A DNA stretch of 64,000 nt from Candidatus Magasanikiibacteriota bacterium (GTDB taxonomy: Bacteria > Patescibacteriota > Patescibacteriia > Magasanikbacterales > UBA922), in NCBI GenBank assembly GCA_003510435.1, contig DOMK01000009.1:24675-88674 (forward strand), read 5' to 3'. Below the pieces are notes generated by a model. That model had not been told where the DNA came from. It saw nothing but the letters and a program-made list of their open reading frames with translations, and ran no database searches. This document shows positions 1 to 8,962 of the stretch, piece by piece. The position numbers were made by a program, and so were the translations under genes. Positions within the stretch are counted from its first letter, which is position 1, and each line of letters begins with the position of its first letter.

Positions 1-63
1 GGCTGTTTTTTATCAGTGAAATCCCTGCCTTCAGGCAGATACAAAATCGGTGGAATCAATGTT

Positions 64-228
64 TTATTTACCCTCGTCAACTATTTCTGCTTCCACATTT
101 TCGCCATCAATTTTATTGACTAGTAAAGAAATTCCACAAACATTGCACTCTATTACTTGTTCAACGTCTAAATTTGGATAAGAAAATAAATCTACTTCAT
201 TTTTACATTCTGGACAAATTAGTTTCAT
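64..228 (-). CDS. LysW-like small zinc-ribbon protein, 54 aa (not in ORF track)
   Basis: Hand translation MKLICPECKNEVDLFSYPNLDVEQVIECNVCGISLLVNKIDGENVEAEIVDEGK*; two CxxC motifs and an acidic tail as in LysW; upstream TTGATT-N17-TAGAAT promoter. Confidence 0.8.
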   Translation of the reverse strand: MKLICPECKNEVDLFSYPNLDVEQVIECNVCGISLLVNKIDGENVEAEIVDEGK

Positions 229-261
229 AGTGTTAATATTATTATTAATTAAGCGCTCATT

Positions 262-290
262 ATTCTAACATAATTAGATAATTTAATCAA
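262..290 (-). promoter_or_regulatory. sigma70-type promoter of the LysW-like gene
   Basis: Minus strand TTGATT-N17-TAGAAT. Confidence 0.55.
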
Positions 291-291
291 T

Positions 292-375
292 ACCACCCGA
301 CCACTCAACCACCCGACCACTCAACCACACAATTGGCCAAGTGGTAAAGTGGTGAAGTGATGAGGTGGTCAAGTG
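292..375. repeat. Inverted pair of 8-nt-period tandem repeats (ACCAC-core family)
   Basis: accacccgaccactcaaccacccgaccactcaaccac ... gtggtaaagtggtgaagtgatgaggtggt; related copies at 56212-56306 and in-frame in Elp3 at 3373-3414. Confidence 0.8.
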
Positions 376-379
376 TATT

Positions 380-1288
380 ATGAAAAGTATCCAAGTCCCC
401 TGCTCGGCCATTGCCCAAAAATTAGGCATTCCTGGCGATGTTTTTCTCAAACGAGAAGATCAACACAAATACGGTTCGCATAAAGGTCGGTCTCTCCCTA
501 TAATGATAAAAAAATATTTCAAAGAGGAAGGTATAACAAATTTTGTCATTTCTTCTTCTGGAAATGCTGCTCTCGCTGCGATCAACTCTATTCAAGTCCA
601 CAACCGCAATAATCCAAGTAAATTAAAACTTACTATTTTTATTGGTAAAAAAATTGATCCAAAAAAATTAAAAGTTCTTTTGGCTGTGATTGATGATGTT
701 AATATAAAACTAGAACAAGTAGAACGACCAAAACAAACTGCTTTTAAAATTGATAAAGATGGTGAAGCAAAACTTCTAAGACAATCAACTGATGATAGCG
801 CTTTGACTGGTTATTTTGAATTAGCTCAAGAACTTGATAAAATTCCTAACTTGCAAGCTATCTTTGTCCCTACTTCTTCTGGCACCACTGCCCAGGCACT
901 GGGTGAAGCTTTCCAAACTGAATTTTTAACGCAAAAACCACAAATTCATATTGTGCAAACCAATTCTTGCCATCCCATGGCCGAATATTTTCAACCAGAT
1001 TATTTAAAAAATCATCCTTATGCTAAGGCAGAAAAATCTATAGCTGGTGCGATTGTTGACAACATTGCTTTTCGTAAAAAAAAAGTTATTAATACAATTA
1101 AAACCAGTGGCGGATTTGGTTGGATTGTAGACAATGAAGATCTAAAAGAAGCTATGGAACTAAGTAAAGACGGTTGTCATTTAGTAATTTCTTCCAACTC
1201 GGCTTTATCAATTGCCGGATTAAAAAAAGCCGTAGAAAACGACTTTAAATTCACTGGTAATGTTGTCTGTTTGATTACCGGGATGTAA
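380..1288 (+). CDS. PLP-dependent fold-type II enzyme (threonine synthase / cysteine synthase / dehydratase family)
   Basis: LKREDQHKYGSHKGR PLP-lysine motif, SSSGNAALA, VPTSSGTT loop; ATG at 380 preferred over GTG 365, which lies inside the repeat. Confidence 0.8.
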   Translation: MKSIQVPCSAIAQKLGIPGDVFLKREDQHKYGSHKGRSLPIMIKKYFKEEGITNFVISSSGNAALAAINSIQVHNRNNPSKLKLTIFIGKKIDPKKLKVLLAVIDDVNIKLEQVERPKQTAFKIDKDGEAKLLRQSTDDSALTGYFELAQELDKIPNLQAIFVPTSSGTTAQALGEAFQTEFLTQKPQIHIVQTNSCHPMAEYFQPDYLKNHPYAKAEKSIAGAIVDNIAFRKKKVINTIKTSGGFGWIVDNEDLKEAMELSKDGCHLVISSNSALSIAGLKKAVENDFKFTGNVVCLITGM

Positions 1289-1289
1289 A

Positions 1290-1383
1290 AACATAAATCA
1301 CATATCATGTATCACATAACAAATTTCAACATTCCAGTTATATATCAATCACCTGTTATGTGATATGTGTCATATGTTACGTG
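1290..1383. repeat. Inverted 7-nt-period repeat (CACATAT/ATATGTG family) between convergent genes
   Basis: cacatatcatgtatcacataac ... gttatgtgatatgtgtcatatgttac; half copies at 3811-3840 and 7134-7165. Confidence 0.75.
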
Positions 1384-2071
1384 AGAATATGATACTCACA
1401 ATATTTCCAGGATCATCTTTGGTTCCATTTCCACCTTTGGTGGTGTAATACTGGTCTTGAATTTTAAGGCCAGTTTTTTTAAATATATTTTCTAATTCTT
1501 CCAAAGTAAAACCATGATAATATCTCTCTCCCAAAACTTCACTTTGTGAATTCATCCACGGGATCAAAAAATCTCCAGATTTAAATTCATTAAACTTTCC
1601 ATTGGCTACCAATTTTTGCGCTGTGTTGGAATACATGTTCCAATTAGTCATTATAATATACGAACCTGATTTTAATACTCGCTTCATTTCTTGCAATGAT
1701 TTAATTCTAGATTCTTCATCTGGTAAATGATGAAAAGTGGCAATGCAATACACCACATCAAATTCATTATCTTTAAATGGCAACTTAGTCATCTCGCCTA
1801 TTCTAAAATCTATGCCAGAAAATTTTTCTTTGGCAATTTTTATCTGTTCCTCACTCTGATCCATACCAATATATTTCACATCTTGAAAATCCTGGAAAAG
1901 ATGGTATAATCTGCCTGACCCACAACCAAGGTCAAGGACTTTAAAACCATCCTTTGTATATTTTTGTAAAGGTTTTAAATCATCCCAAAGATAGCGCCGA
2001 GTCTTTGCAAACAGATGAGCAATTTTATTATAAGTTTCTCTATTAAGTTTAATCAAATCCTTATCCTTCAT
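1370..2071 (-). CDS. Class I SAM methyltransferase, Trm9/ALKBH8-like
   Basis: TYNKIAHLFAKTRRYLW, VLDLGCGSG, IATFHHLP and RYYHGF..EEL match the recalled Trm9 pattern (YNEIAPHFSQTRYKPW, IAVVHHW, RYYH). Confidence 0.7.
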   Translation of the reverse strand: MKDKDLIKLNRETYNKIAHLFAKTRRYLWDDLKPLQKYTKDGFKVLDLGCGSGRLYHLFQDFQDVKYIGMDQSEEQIKIAKEKFSGIDFRIGEMTKLPFKDNEFDVVYCIATFHHLPDEESRIKSLQEMKRVLKSGSYIIMTNWNMYSNTAQKLVANGKFNEFKSGDFLIPWMNSQSEVLGERYYHGFTLEELENIFKKTGLKIQDQYYTTKGGNGTKDDPGNIVSIIFSRNI

Positions 2072-2145
2072 AATAATCAGCTTAAATTAATATTAGTATA
2101 GCATTAGTATCATTAGTATGAATTAGTATATTAGTATCGCATATT

Positions 2146-3816
2146 ATGAATATAGAACAAATAATCACGAAAATTATATCCTTTCAACCCACTACCCGGG
2201 CTGAATTTGATGATGTAAAAAGAAAAGTCTGTAACAAACTCTCAATTAACCAAATTTCTAATCGCGACCTGCTACAAGCTTACCAAAATTTATTAAAAAA
2301 GAAAAGAGTTGAGCCAGACAAAATTTTGGAAAGATTCATGCGTAAAGCTGATATTAGAACCTTATCTGGCGTAGCCGTTGTCACCTCCCTCTGTAAGCCC
2401 TATAATTGCCCTGGAAAATGCATTTACTGTCCAACTGAGGCTAGAATGCCAAAAAGCTATTTGGCCAGTGAACCAGCCGCTGCCAGAGCCCTGGCTCTGC
2501 AATTTGACCCTTATGAGCAAATGACCAGACGAATAGAAATGCTAAGGCTCTCTGGTCACCCCACTGACAAAATTGAATATATTATAAAAGGCGGATCTTG
2601 GAATGTCTATCCATTAAAATATCAATACTGGTTTATATTGGAATCTTTCCGGGCGGCAAATAATCTCGAACGAAGTGAGAGATCCCTTTTCGAAGCCTCT
2701 TCAAATGCATTAAAAAGCGATTCCTCAGTCGCTTCGCTCCTTCGGAATTTAAAAAAAGAACAAAACTACAATGACAAGATTGCAAAACACAAAATAATTG
2801 GCCTCACTCTAGAAACCAGACCCGACTGCATCACTCCAGACACAATCCATCACATGCGCCAAATGGGTTGTACAAGAATCGAACTGGGTTTGCAAGCGCC
2901 AGATGATAAAATTTTAAAATTGGTGAAACGCGGACACACAGTAGAGCAATTTAAAGACGCAATGCTTTTACTTCGTCAAGCTGGGTTTAAAGTTGATTTG
3001 CATTTTATGCCTGACCTCCCTGGTACTACTGCCAAGCATGATGTAGAGATGTATAAATCATTATTTACTGATCCTGGCTTTAAACCAGACATGGTAAAAA
3101 TTTATCCGTGTACTGTAATTAAAACGGCTGACTTGTATAAATGGTATAAACAAAAAAAATATAAACCATATTCAGAAAAGAAATTATTTGAAGCGTTAAT
3201 TGTCATGAAAATTAGTACGCCTCGTTATTGTCGTATCTCTAGATTGATTCGGGATATTCCTGATAACGAAATTATGGGCGGAAACATGATTACCAATCTT
3301 CGTCAAAATTTAAAAAAGGAAATGGCCATACGCGGACTAAAGTGCGAATGCTTGCGTTGCCGTGAAGTTGGTCACTCCACTCTACCACCTAACCACCTTA
3401 CCACTCTACCACCTAAATTGTTTGTTGATAAATATGAGACAACTGGTGGAACAGAATATTTTTTAAGTTATGAAGACAAAAAACGACAAGTGGTTTATGG
3501 TTTCCTGCGCTTGCGTTTACCCAACAAAGAAAAAAATAACTCAAACCTTTCTAGCCTTTTGGGCTTTTCAAGCCTTTCAAGCATTTCTTTTATTCGCGAA
3601 CTCCACACTTACGGTCAACTACTTGAACTAGGTACAAAAAATAAATCTGCTAGCCAGCACAAAGGTTTGGGTAAAAAATTAGTTGAAGAAGCTGAAAAGA
3701 TTGCCAAAAAAAATAGATATAAAAAACTAGCTGTAATTTCTGGGGTGGGAGTGCGTGGGTATTATCGAAAACTGGGGTATAAATTGGAAAAAACGTATAT
3801 GACAAAAAACATATAA
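2146..3816 (+). CDS. elp3: tRNA uridine(34) acetyltransferase Elp3 (radical SAM + GNAT)
   Basis: RTLSGVAVV, CPGKCIYC, PKSY, ETRPD, RELHTYG, QHKGLG, ISGVGVRGYY. Confidence 0.93.
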   Translation: MNIEQIITKIISFQPTTRAEFDDVKRKVCNKLSINQISNRDLLQAYQNLLKKKRVEPDKILERFMRKADIRTLSGVAVVTSLCKPYNCPGKCIYCPTEARMPKSYLASEPAAARALALQFDPYEQMTRRIEMLRLSGHPTDKIEYIIKGGSWNVYPLKYQYWFILESFRAANNLERSERSLFEASSNALKSDSSVASLLRNLKKEQNYNDKIAKHKIIGLTLETRPDCITPDTIHHMRQMGCTRIELGLQAPDDKILKLVKRGHTVEQFKDAMLLLRQAGFKVDLHFMPDLPGTTAKHDVEMYKSLFTDPGFKPDMVKIYPCTVIKTADLYKWYKQKKYKPYSEKKLFEALIVMKISTPRYCRISRLIRDIPDNEIMGGNMITNLRQNLKKEMAIRGLKCECLRCREVGHSTLPPNHLTTLPPKLFVDKYETTGGTEYFLSYEDKKRQVVYGFLRLRLPNKEKNNSNLSSLLGFSSLSSISFIRELHTYGQLLELGTKNKSASQHKGLGKKLVEEAEKIAKKNRYKKLAVISGVGVRGYYRKLGYKLEKTYMTKNI

Positions 3817-3840
3817 CACATATCACGTAACATGAAACAA

Positions 3841-3869
3841 AAAAAACTTCTAATTAAAGAAGTTTTTTT
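3841..3869. terminator. Bidirectional intrinsic terminator
   Basis: aaaaaacttc-taattaaa-gaagttttttt between convergent genes. Confidence 0.65.
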
Positions 3870-3892
3870 ATTTACAAATTATTCCTTATTCT

Positions 3893-4792
3893 TTATCCAA
3901 TGTTCAAGACAATAACCCCCACAACCATAAAAATCAAAGCTAATAACTTTAACAACAAATTTTTCTTATCCCATTCTTCTTTTATATACTTGGGAGCGAA
4001 ATAAGAAATTAAACCCACTATCAAAAACACAAAAATCGCTTGAAAACCTTCCATTGCAAATACTAGTGACGTCTGTTTCAAAGACAAAGCCCATTGATTT
4101 AAGATTACTCCTCCCCAAGCAGTCAAAACCACCAAACCGACTAAAAATATATCTCGACGACCAATTACTCTAACTGTTTCAATTACTTCAATTCTAATTT
4201 TTTTAGACAATAAGATAGTACTGGCAGCAATGGCTTCAAAAATATAAAACCAAACAAAAGCGACAATCAAAGGAATTTGTTGCAGAACCTGGCGCATCAA
4301 AACACCATAAAAAGCATAACAAATACAAACAACTAACATTAGCCAAAAAGCTTTAGAAAATTTCCATTTGTTTACAGTATGATTAAAATGAAATGAGGTT
4401 AAGACAGAACCAAAAATCAAAATCAACATACCAATAAATTCAGACAAAATTAAACGATCACCAATAAAATAACCTAGACCCAAAGAAAAAATTGGAATTA
4501 AACTCCACAATATATTAATTCTACTCACCTCTTCCATTTGCATGGCTTTGATATAAGGCAAACCACCATAAAAATAAATAAAACCAGATAAAAATAATAA
4601 CAACAAAATATTGAATGATGGCAATGGATAGCCCAAAAATGGCAAAGCAAATATTAATATTATACCAACTAGAGAAAATAAAATTAAAAAAACATAAGGA
4701 TTGGCAAACCTTTTTTCTACAGCATATTTTGTCAAAATATTTTCTATTGCCCAAGAAAAATGAGCCCCGATTGCCAAAAATACCCAAACCAT
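3893..4792 (-). CDS. EamA/DMT family transporter
   Basis: About 10 hydrophobic helices in two repeats; ATG at 4792 (MVWVFLA). Confidence 0.8.
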   Translation of the reverse strand: MVWVFLAIGAHFSWAIENILTKYAVEKRFANPYVFLILFSLVGIILIFALPFLGYPLPSFNILLLLFLSGFIYFYGGLPYIKAMQMEEVSRINILWSLIPIFSLGLGYFIGDRLILSEFIGMLILIFGSVLTSFHFNHTVNKWKFSKAFWLMLVVCICYAFYGVLMRQVLQQIPLIVAFVWFYIFEAIAASTILLSKKIRIEVIETVRVIGRRDIFLVGLVVLTAWGGVILNQWALSLKQTSLVFAMEGFQAIFVFLIVGLISYFAPKYIKEEWDKKNLLLKLLALIFMVVGVIVLNIG

Positions 4793-4878
4793 AAAAATTT
4801 GTCTAAAATACAAGATTATGATACCATAAACTCATATTTTTTCAAACATTTTTAATTGCAGATTTCAAATTACAGAAT

Positions 4879-5277
4879 ATGAAACAAACCATCATTTGTT
4901 CAGGTCCAGTAATAATTGAGAGCGATAAAGTCTTATTAGTCAGGGAACAAAAAAGCTATGGTATTACTCCTTGGCTTTTTCCTGGTGGCAAAGCCGAACC
5001 AAATGAAACTGATCCACTAGAAATTTGCAGACGAGAAGCTAAAGAAGAAGTTGGGATTGATTTAGAAATTATTAAACAATTAACTACTACAGAAGCATCT
5101 AGTTGGCGCGGATTAAATAAAAAATATATTTTGTACCACTATTTAGCAAAAAGAATTGGTGAAATAAAACCAGGTGAAGATATTGTAGAATGGGCTTGGA
5201 TAGATATAAATAATTTACCAAAAGATTGCAATAAAAATGTTTACGAAATAATTGTTGATTATAAAAATATGTTGTAA
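4879..5277 (+). CDS. NUDIX hydrolase
   Basis: Nudix box PGGKAEPNETDPLEICRREAKEEVGI. Confidence 0.88.
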   Translation: MKQTIICSGPVIIESDKVLLVREQKSYGITPWLFPGGKAEPNETDPLEICRREAKEEVGIDLEIIKQLTTTEASSWRGLNKKYILYHYLAKRIGEIKPGEDIVEWAWIDINNLPKDCNKNVYEIIVDYKNML

Positions 5278-5321
5278 AAAAACCTATAACCTATTTACTA
5301 AAACCTATAACCTATTTTTTT

Positions 5322-6572
5322 ATGAACAAAATTTTATTAAAAGACTACGATCCAATAATTCAACAAGCCATAACCAATGAACTTGCTCGCCAAGAACAAG
5401 GTCTAGAAATGATTCCATCGGAAAACTTTGTCTCATTGGCAGTCTTAGAGGCTTTAGGTTCAGTCCTGACTAATAAATATTCCGAAGGTTATATTGGCAA
5501 AAGATATTATGGCGGTTGTGAATTTATTGATACGATTGAAGGTGTTGCCATTGACCGCGCCAAACAAATTTTTAGTGCTGAACATGTAAATGTCCAACCA
5601 TTATCTGGTGCTCCTATGAATATTGCTGTTTATTTTGGTCTGATGGAACCAGGTGACACAATTCTTGGTATGGATTTGTCTCATGGTGGACATCTTACTC
5701 ATGGACATCCTGTAACTTACATGGCAAAAGTATTTAATTTTATTCGTTATAAAACCAATGCTGAAGGAAAAATTGATTTGGATAATTTGCGTCAAATGGC
5801 TCTAGAACACAAACCAAAAATGATTCTTGTTGGTTATAGTGCTTATTCTCGAGAAATTGAATATGAAAAAATAAAAGCCATTGCTGATGAGGTCGGCGCT
5901 ATCACTATGGCCGATGTCGCCCATATTGGCGGACTGATTGCTGGCAAACAAATGATTAATCCAGTGCCAATTTTTGATGTCGTCACTACCACTACGCACA
6001 AAACTCTACGTGGACCACGTGGAGGCATGATTATGTGTAAAGAAAAATTTGCTAAACAAATTGATAAAGCAGTTTTCCCCGGTCTTCAAGGTGGACCACA
6101 TGAAAATAATATTGCTGCCAAAGCAGTATCATTTAAAGAAGCTCTGGAACCAGAATTTCAAGAATATTCTAGACAAATTAAGGCTAATGCCAAAGTATTA
6201 GAAAAAAAGTTTTCCGATTGGGGTTATAAATTATGTTTTGGTGGCACAGATAATCATTTATTATTAGTTAATTTATTTTCTTCCAAAGGTATTACTGGTA
6301 AACAAGCTCAAATCGCTCTAGATATCGCCGGTATTACCCTAAATAAAAATATGATCCCTGATGATCCAAGAAGTCCAATGGATCCATCTGGCATTCGTTT
6401 TGGTACTCCAGCTCTCACAACCAGAGGCATGAAAGAAGCCGAAATGGAAATCATTGCTAATTGGATGAATGAAGGAATTATGAATTGGCAAGATGAAACA
6501 AAACTTAAAAGTATTAAAGCTGATGTAATTGAATTAACTAAAAAGTTTCCTCTTTATCCAGAGCTCCAATAG
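5322..6572 (+). CDS. glyA: Serine hydroxymethyltransferase
   Basis: NKYSEGY, GGHLTHG, TTTTHKTLRGPRGG. Confidence 0.97.
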   Translation: MNKILLKDYDPIIQQAITNELARQEQGLEMIPSENFVSLAVLEALGSVLTNKYSEGYIGKRYYGGCEFIDTIEGVAIDRAKQIFSAEHVNVQPLSGAPMNIAVYFGLMEPGDTILGMDLSHGGHLTHGHPVTYMAKVFNFIRYKTNAEGKIDLDNLRQMALEHKPKMILVGYSAYSREIEYEKIKAIADEVGAITMADVAHIGGLIAGKQMINPVPIFDVVTTTTHKTLRGPRGGMIMCKEKFAKQIDKAVFPGLQGGPHENNIAAKAVSFKEALEPEFQEYSRQIKANAKVLEKKFSDWGYKLCFGGTDNHLLLVNLFSSKGITGKQAQIALDIAGITLNKNMIPDDPRSPMDPSGIRFGTPALTTRGMKEAEMEIIANWMNEGIMNWQDETKLKSIKADVIELTKKFPLYPELQ

Positions 6573-6653
6573 AACACAAATCACCCAAATTATACAAATT
6601 AACACAAATACCATTTGCGAAGATTTGAGGTAATTTGGGAAATTTGAGTCCTA
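6570..6653. mobile_element. MITE-like palindrome, TAGAAC family, copy 1
   Basis: TAGAACACAAAT...ATTTGAGTCCTA with 9-nt-period arms; first TAG is the glyA stop. Confidence 0.7.
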
Positions 6654-6665
6654 TTTAATTTACAT

Positions 6666-7103
6666 ATGAAATACACCACAAATTCGGAACAAGAATTAAT
6701 TAACCTAGGTAAAAAAATCGCTGTTAATTTCAAAGCTGGTGATATTATTTTACTTGAAGGTAATCTCGGTGCCGGTAAAACCACTTTAACCAAAGGTATT
6801 GCAGAATATTTTGGAATTAAAAAAAATATTACTAGTCCGACTTTTTCACTCATGAACGTGTATGAAATTAAAAGATTTAAAGATTTAAAGATTAAAAGAT
6901 TAGTGCACGTTGATACTTATCGTCTTGAAGATGAAGAAGATTTAATTGAAATCGGAATTGAAGATTATTTAGGCGCACCAGACACAATTTGTTTGATTGA
7001 GTGGCCAGAGAAGATTGAAGGATTATTGAGGAGGAAAAAAGTAATTAGAATAAAAATTGAACATGATGGTGATGGAAGAAAAATAATGATAAGTGATAAG
7101 TGA
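6666..7103 (+). CDS. tsaE: tRNA threonylcarbamoyladenosine biosynthesis ATPase TsaE
   Basis: GNLGAGKTT, ITSPTF, HVDTYRL, LIEW. Confidence 0.95.
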   Translation: MKYTTNSEQELINLGKKIAVNFKAGDIILLEGNLGAGKTTLTKGIAEYFGIKKNITSPTFSLMNVYEIKRFKDLKIKRLVHVDTYRLEDEEDLIEIGIEDYLGAPDTICLIEWPEKIEGLLRRKKVIRIKIEHDGDGRKIMISDK

Positions 7104-7155
7104 TAAAAAAACCGGCGCATGGCCAGTTTTTTTGATATATGATATGTGATGTATG

Positions 7156-7734
7156 TTATGTGATGATTTCTATTCCAAACTTCTTCAATTCTTGTACTAA
7201 CTGATAAACTGGCAAACCAACCGTGGCAAAATAATCACCAGATATTTTGGTAATAAACATTGCCCCTAAACCCTGAATCGCATAAGCTCCAGCCTTATCC
7301 AATGGTTCACCTGTCTTTATATACCAATCAATTTCCTTATCAGTCAATTTTTTCATGGTAATTTTTGTGGGAATTGATTTGGTAATTGTTTTTTTAGTTT
7401 GACAATCAAAAATTGTAAAAGCAGTAATGACCTCGTGACTTTTCCCGGATAACATTTTTAAAAACTTCTTAGCTTCAATTTTACTTTTTGGCTTGCCTAA
7501 AACTTTATCTTTATAAGCTATAATGGTATCCCCGCTAATAATAATGGCTTTGGGATATTTTTTCATGACCGCCAAAGCTTTATTTTTTGACAAAAACTCT
7601 ACCAATTTTTTTGGTTTTAAATTTAATGCCATGTCTTCTTCATAACCACTTTTTACTGCTTTAAACTTCAAACCAGTCTTACTTAATAATTCATTTCTAC
7701 GTGGTGAAGTGGAAGCTAAAATAATTTGTTTCAT
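7156..7734 (-). CDS. maf: Maf family nucleotide pyrophosphatase
   Basis: ILASTSPRR, DT, GKP, DKAGAYAIQG, VGLP. Confidence 0.93.
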   Translation of the reverse strand: MKQIILASTSPRRNELLSKTGLKFKAVKSGYEEDMALNLKPKKLVEFLSKNKALAVMKKYPKAIIISGDTIIAYKDKVLGKPKSKIEAKKFLKMLSGKSHEVITAFTIFDCQTKKTITKSIPTKITMKKLTDKEIDWYIKTGEPLDKAGAYAIQGLGAMFITKISGDYFATVGLPVYQLVQELKKFGIEIIT

Positions 7735-8051
7735 ATTTTGTTTTTTACAAGAGCACCATTATACAATCTAAAACATTTTCTTTTTTCCGCTTTATAAATA
7801 TATGGCGTGCCCAAAATTTCTTTGCATTTAGGACATTTTAAACTCGGAATATCTTTTAAACTAAATTTTTCCAAACCAACTAATTTTTCTGGATAGACAA
7901 TGCGATCAAAATACAAACGATAAATAGACCCTGGGCCATCTTTTTGATATTTTACTACCAGTGAATTACAAAGGCGACAATTCAATTCTAATAAACGTGA
8001 ATAGCCACCGCGCGCCGTTCTAAATTTGTCTCTTTTTAATTTATCCTTCAT
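7731..8051 (-). CDS. Hypothetical zinc-ribbon protein
   Basis: CRLC and CPKC motifs; ATG at 8051 overlaps the queH stop and its stop overlaps the maf start. Confidence 0.7.
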   Translation of the reverse strand: MKDKLKRDKFRTARGGYSRLLELNCRLCNSLVVKYQKDGPGSIYRLYFDRIVYPEKLVGLEKFSLKDIPSLKCPKCKEILGTPYIYKAEKRKCFRLYNGALVKNKI

Positions 8052-8592
8052 AATTTTTTTCCATAGAAAATTTACACCCACAATAATTTTGGCGGTATAT
8101 TTGCCTTTCCACCACGAGCTTCACTGCCTTCTCTTGTCGACCACCTTTTTTCCAATCCACATTATAAAATTTTGTTTTTTTATGAATCTTTCCAAATGCC
8201 TTACCAATACCACCAATTACGGCCGCACTTTTATTTCTACCACTAGTCAAACTAGTACCCCAATAATTAAAACCATGTAACTGTGCATATTCTACTGTTT
8301 TAGCCATACGAAAACGCAAACAAACCGCACATCTTGTTCCACCTTCTGGCTCTTCTTCAAAACCTAAAACTGCTTTATTCCAAAGATCAGTTTCATTATA
8401 ATCATGATCAACTATTGGTACCCCCCACTCTTGACAAATTTTTACCACTTCTTGTTTCCTTTTTAAATACTCTTCTTCTGGGTAAATGTTAGGGTTATAA
8501 AAAAACACAGTCAAATCATACTGATTTTTCAATTCATCAATCACCGCGATACTACACGGTGCGCAACAAGTGTGTAATAAAAACTTTTGCAT
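8041..8592 (-). CDS. queH: Epoxyqueuosine reductase QueH (DUF208)
   Basis: LLHTCCAPCS, FYNPNI, RCAVC, YRQNYCGC. Confidence 0.9.
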   Translation of the reverse strand: MQKFLLHTCCAPCSIAVIDELKNQYDLTVFFYNPNIYPEEEYLKRKQEVVKICQEWGVPIVDHDYNETDLWNKAVLGFEEEPEGGTRCAVCLRFRMAKTVEYAQLHGFNYWGTSLTSGRNKSAAVIGGIGKAFGKIHKKTKFYNVDWKKGGRQEKAVKLVVERQIYRQNYCGCKFSMEKNYEG

Positions 8593-8597
8593 AAATT

Positions 8598-8625
8598 TAA
8601 AATCCCCAGTATTACTGGGGATTTT
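8598..8625. terminator. Intrinsic terminator
   Basis: aaaatccccagt-att-actggggatttt. Confidence 0.65.
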
Positions 8626-8627
8626 GT

Positions 8628-8900
8628 TTATACTGAAATGTCTACTATTAAACTCCTTAATTGATCTTCGGGTACTTCTTGCTGCCCTACAAATAAACGA
8701 CCTTCATCATCAAAACTAAACTTGTCATCCAAGGCGACACCATATGCATCTTTTAATCCTTTTTGTGATAAGGCTCGCAATATAGTTTGTTTATCTGAAT
8801 CCGATAGACCTTGTTCAACTATTTTTGGGCCCCTTTCGCCTGAACTTCCGTAATGGCGAGCGATTTTACCTTCAATAATTGTTAATGGTATACCTGGCAT
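8628..8900 (-). CDS. Hypothetical protein
   Basis: 90-aa ATG ORF filling the gap, followed by a terminator. Confidence 0.6.
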   Translation of the reverse strand: MPGIPLTIIEGKIARHYGSSGERGPKIVEQGLSDSDKQTILRALSQKGLKDAYGVALDDKFSFDDEGRLFVGQQEVPEDQLRSLIVDISV

Positions 8901-8962
8901 ACAATAATAAGTTAAATATTAATATAAATATAATACTACATTTTAACCATTTTGTCAATCAA

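Noticed and set aside
292..375. Short repeats as a CRISPR array
   Set aside because: Units are 7-9 nt, tandem and degenerate, with no unique spacers and no cas genes; the same holds for all repeat tracts in the window.
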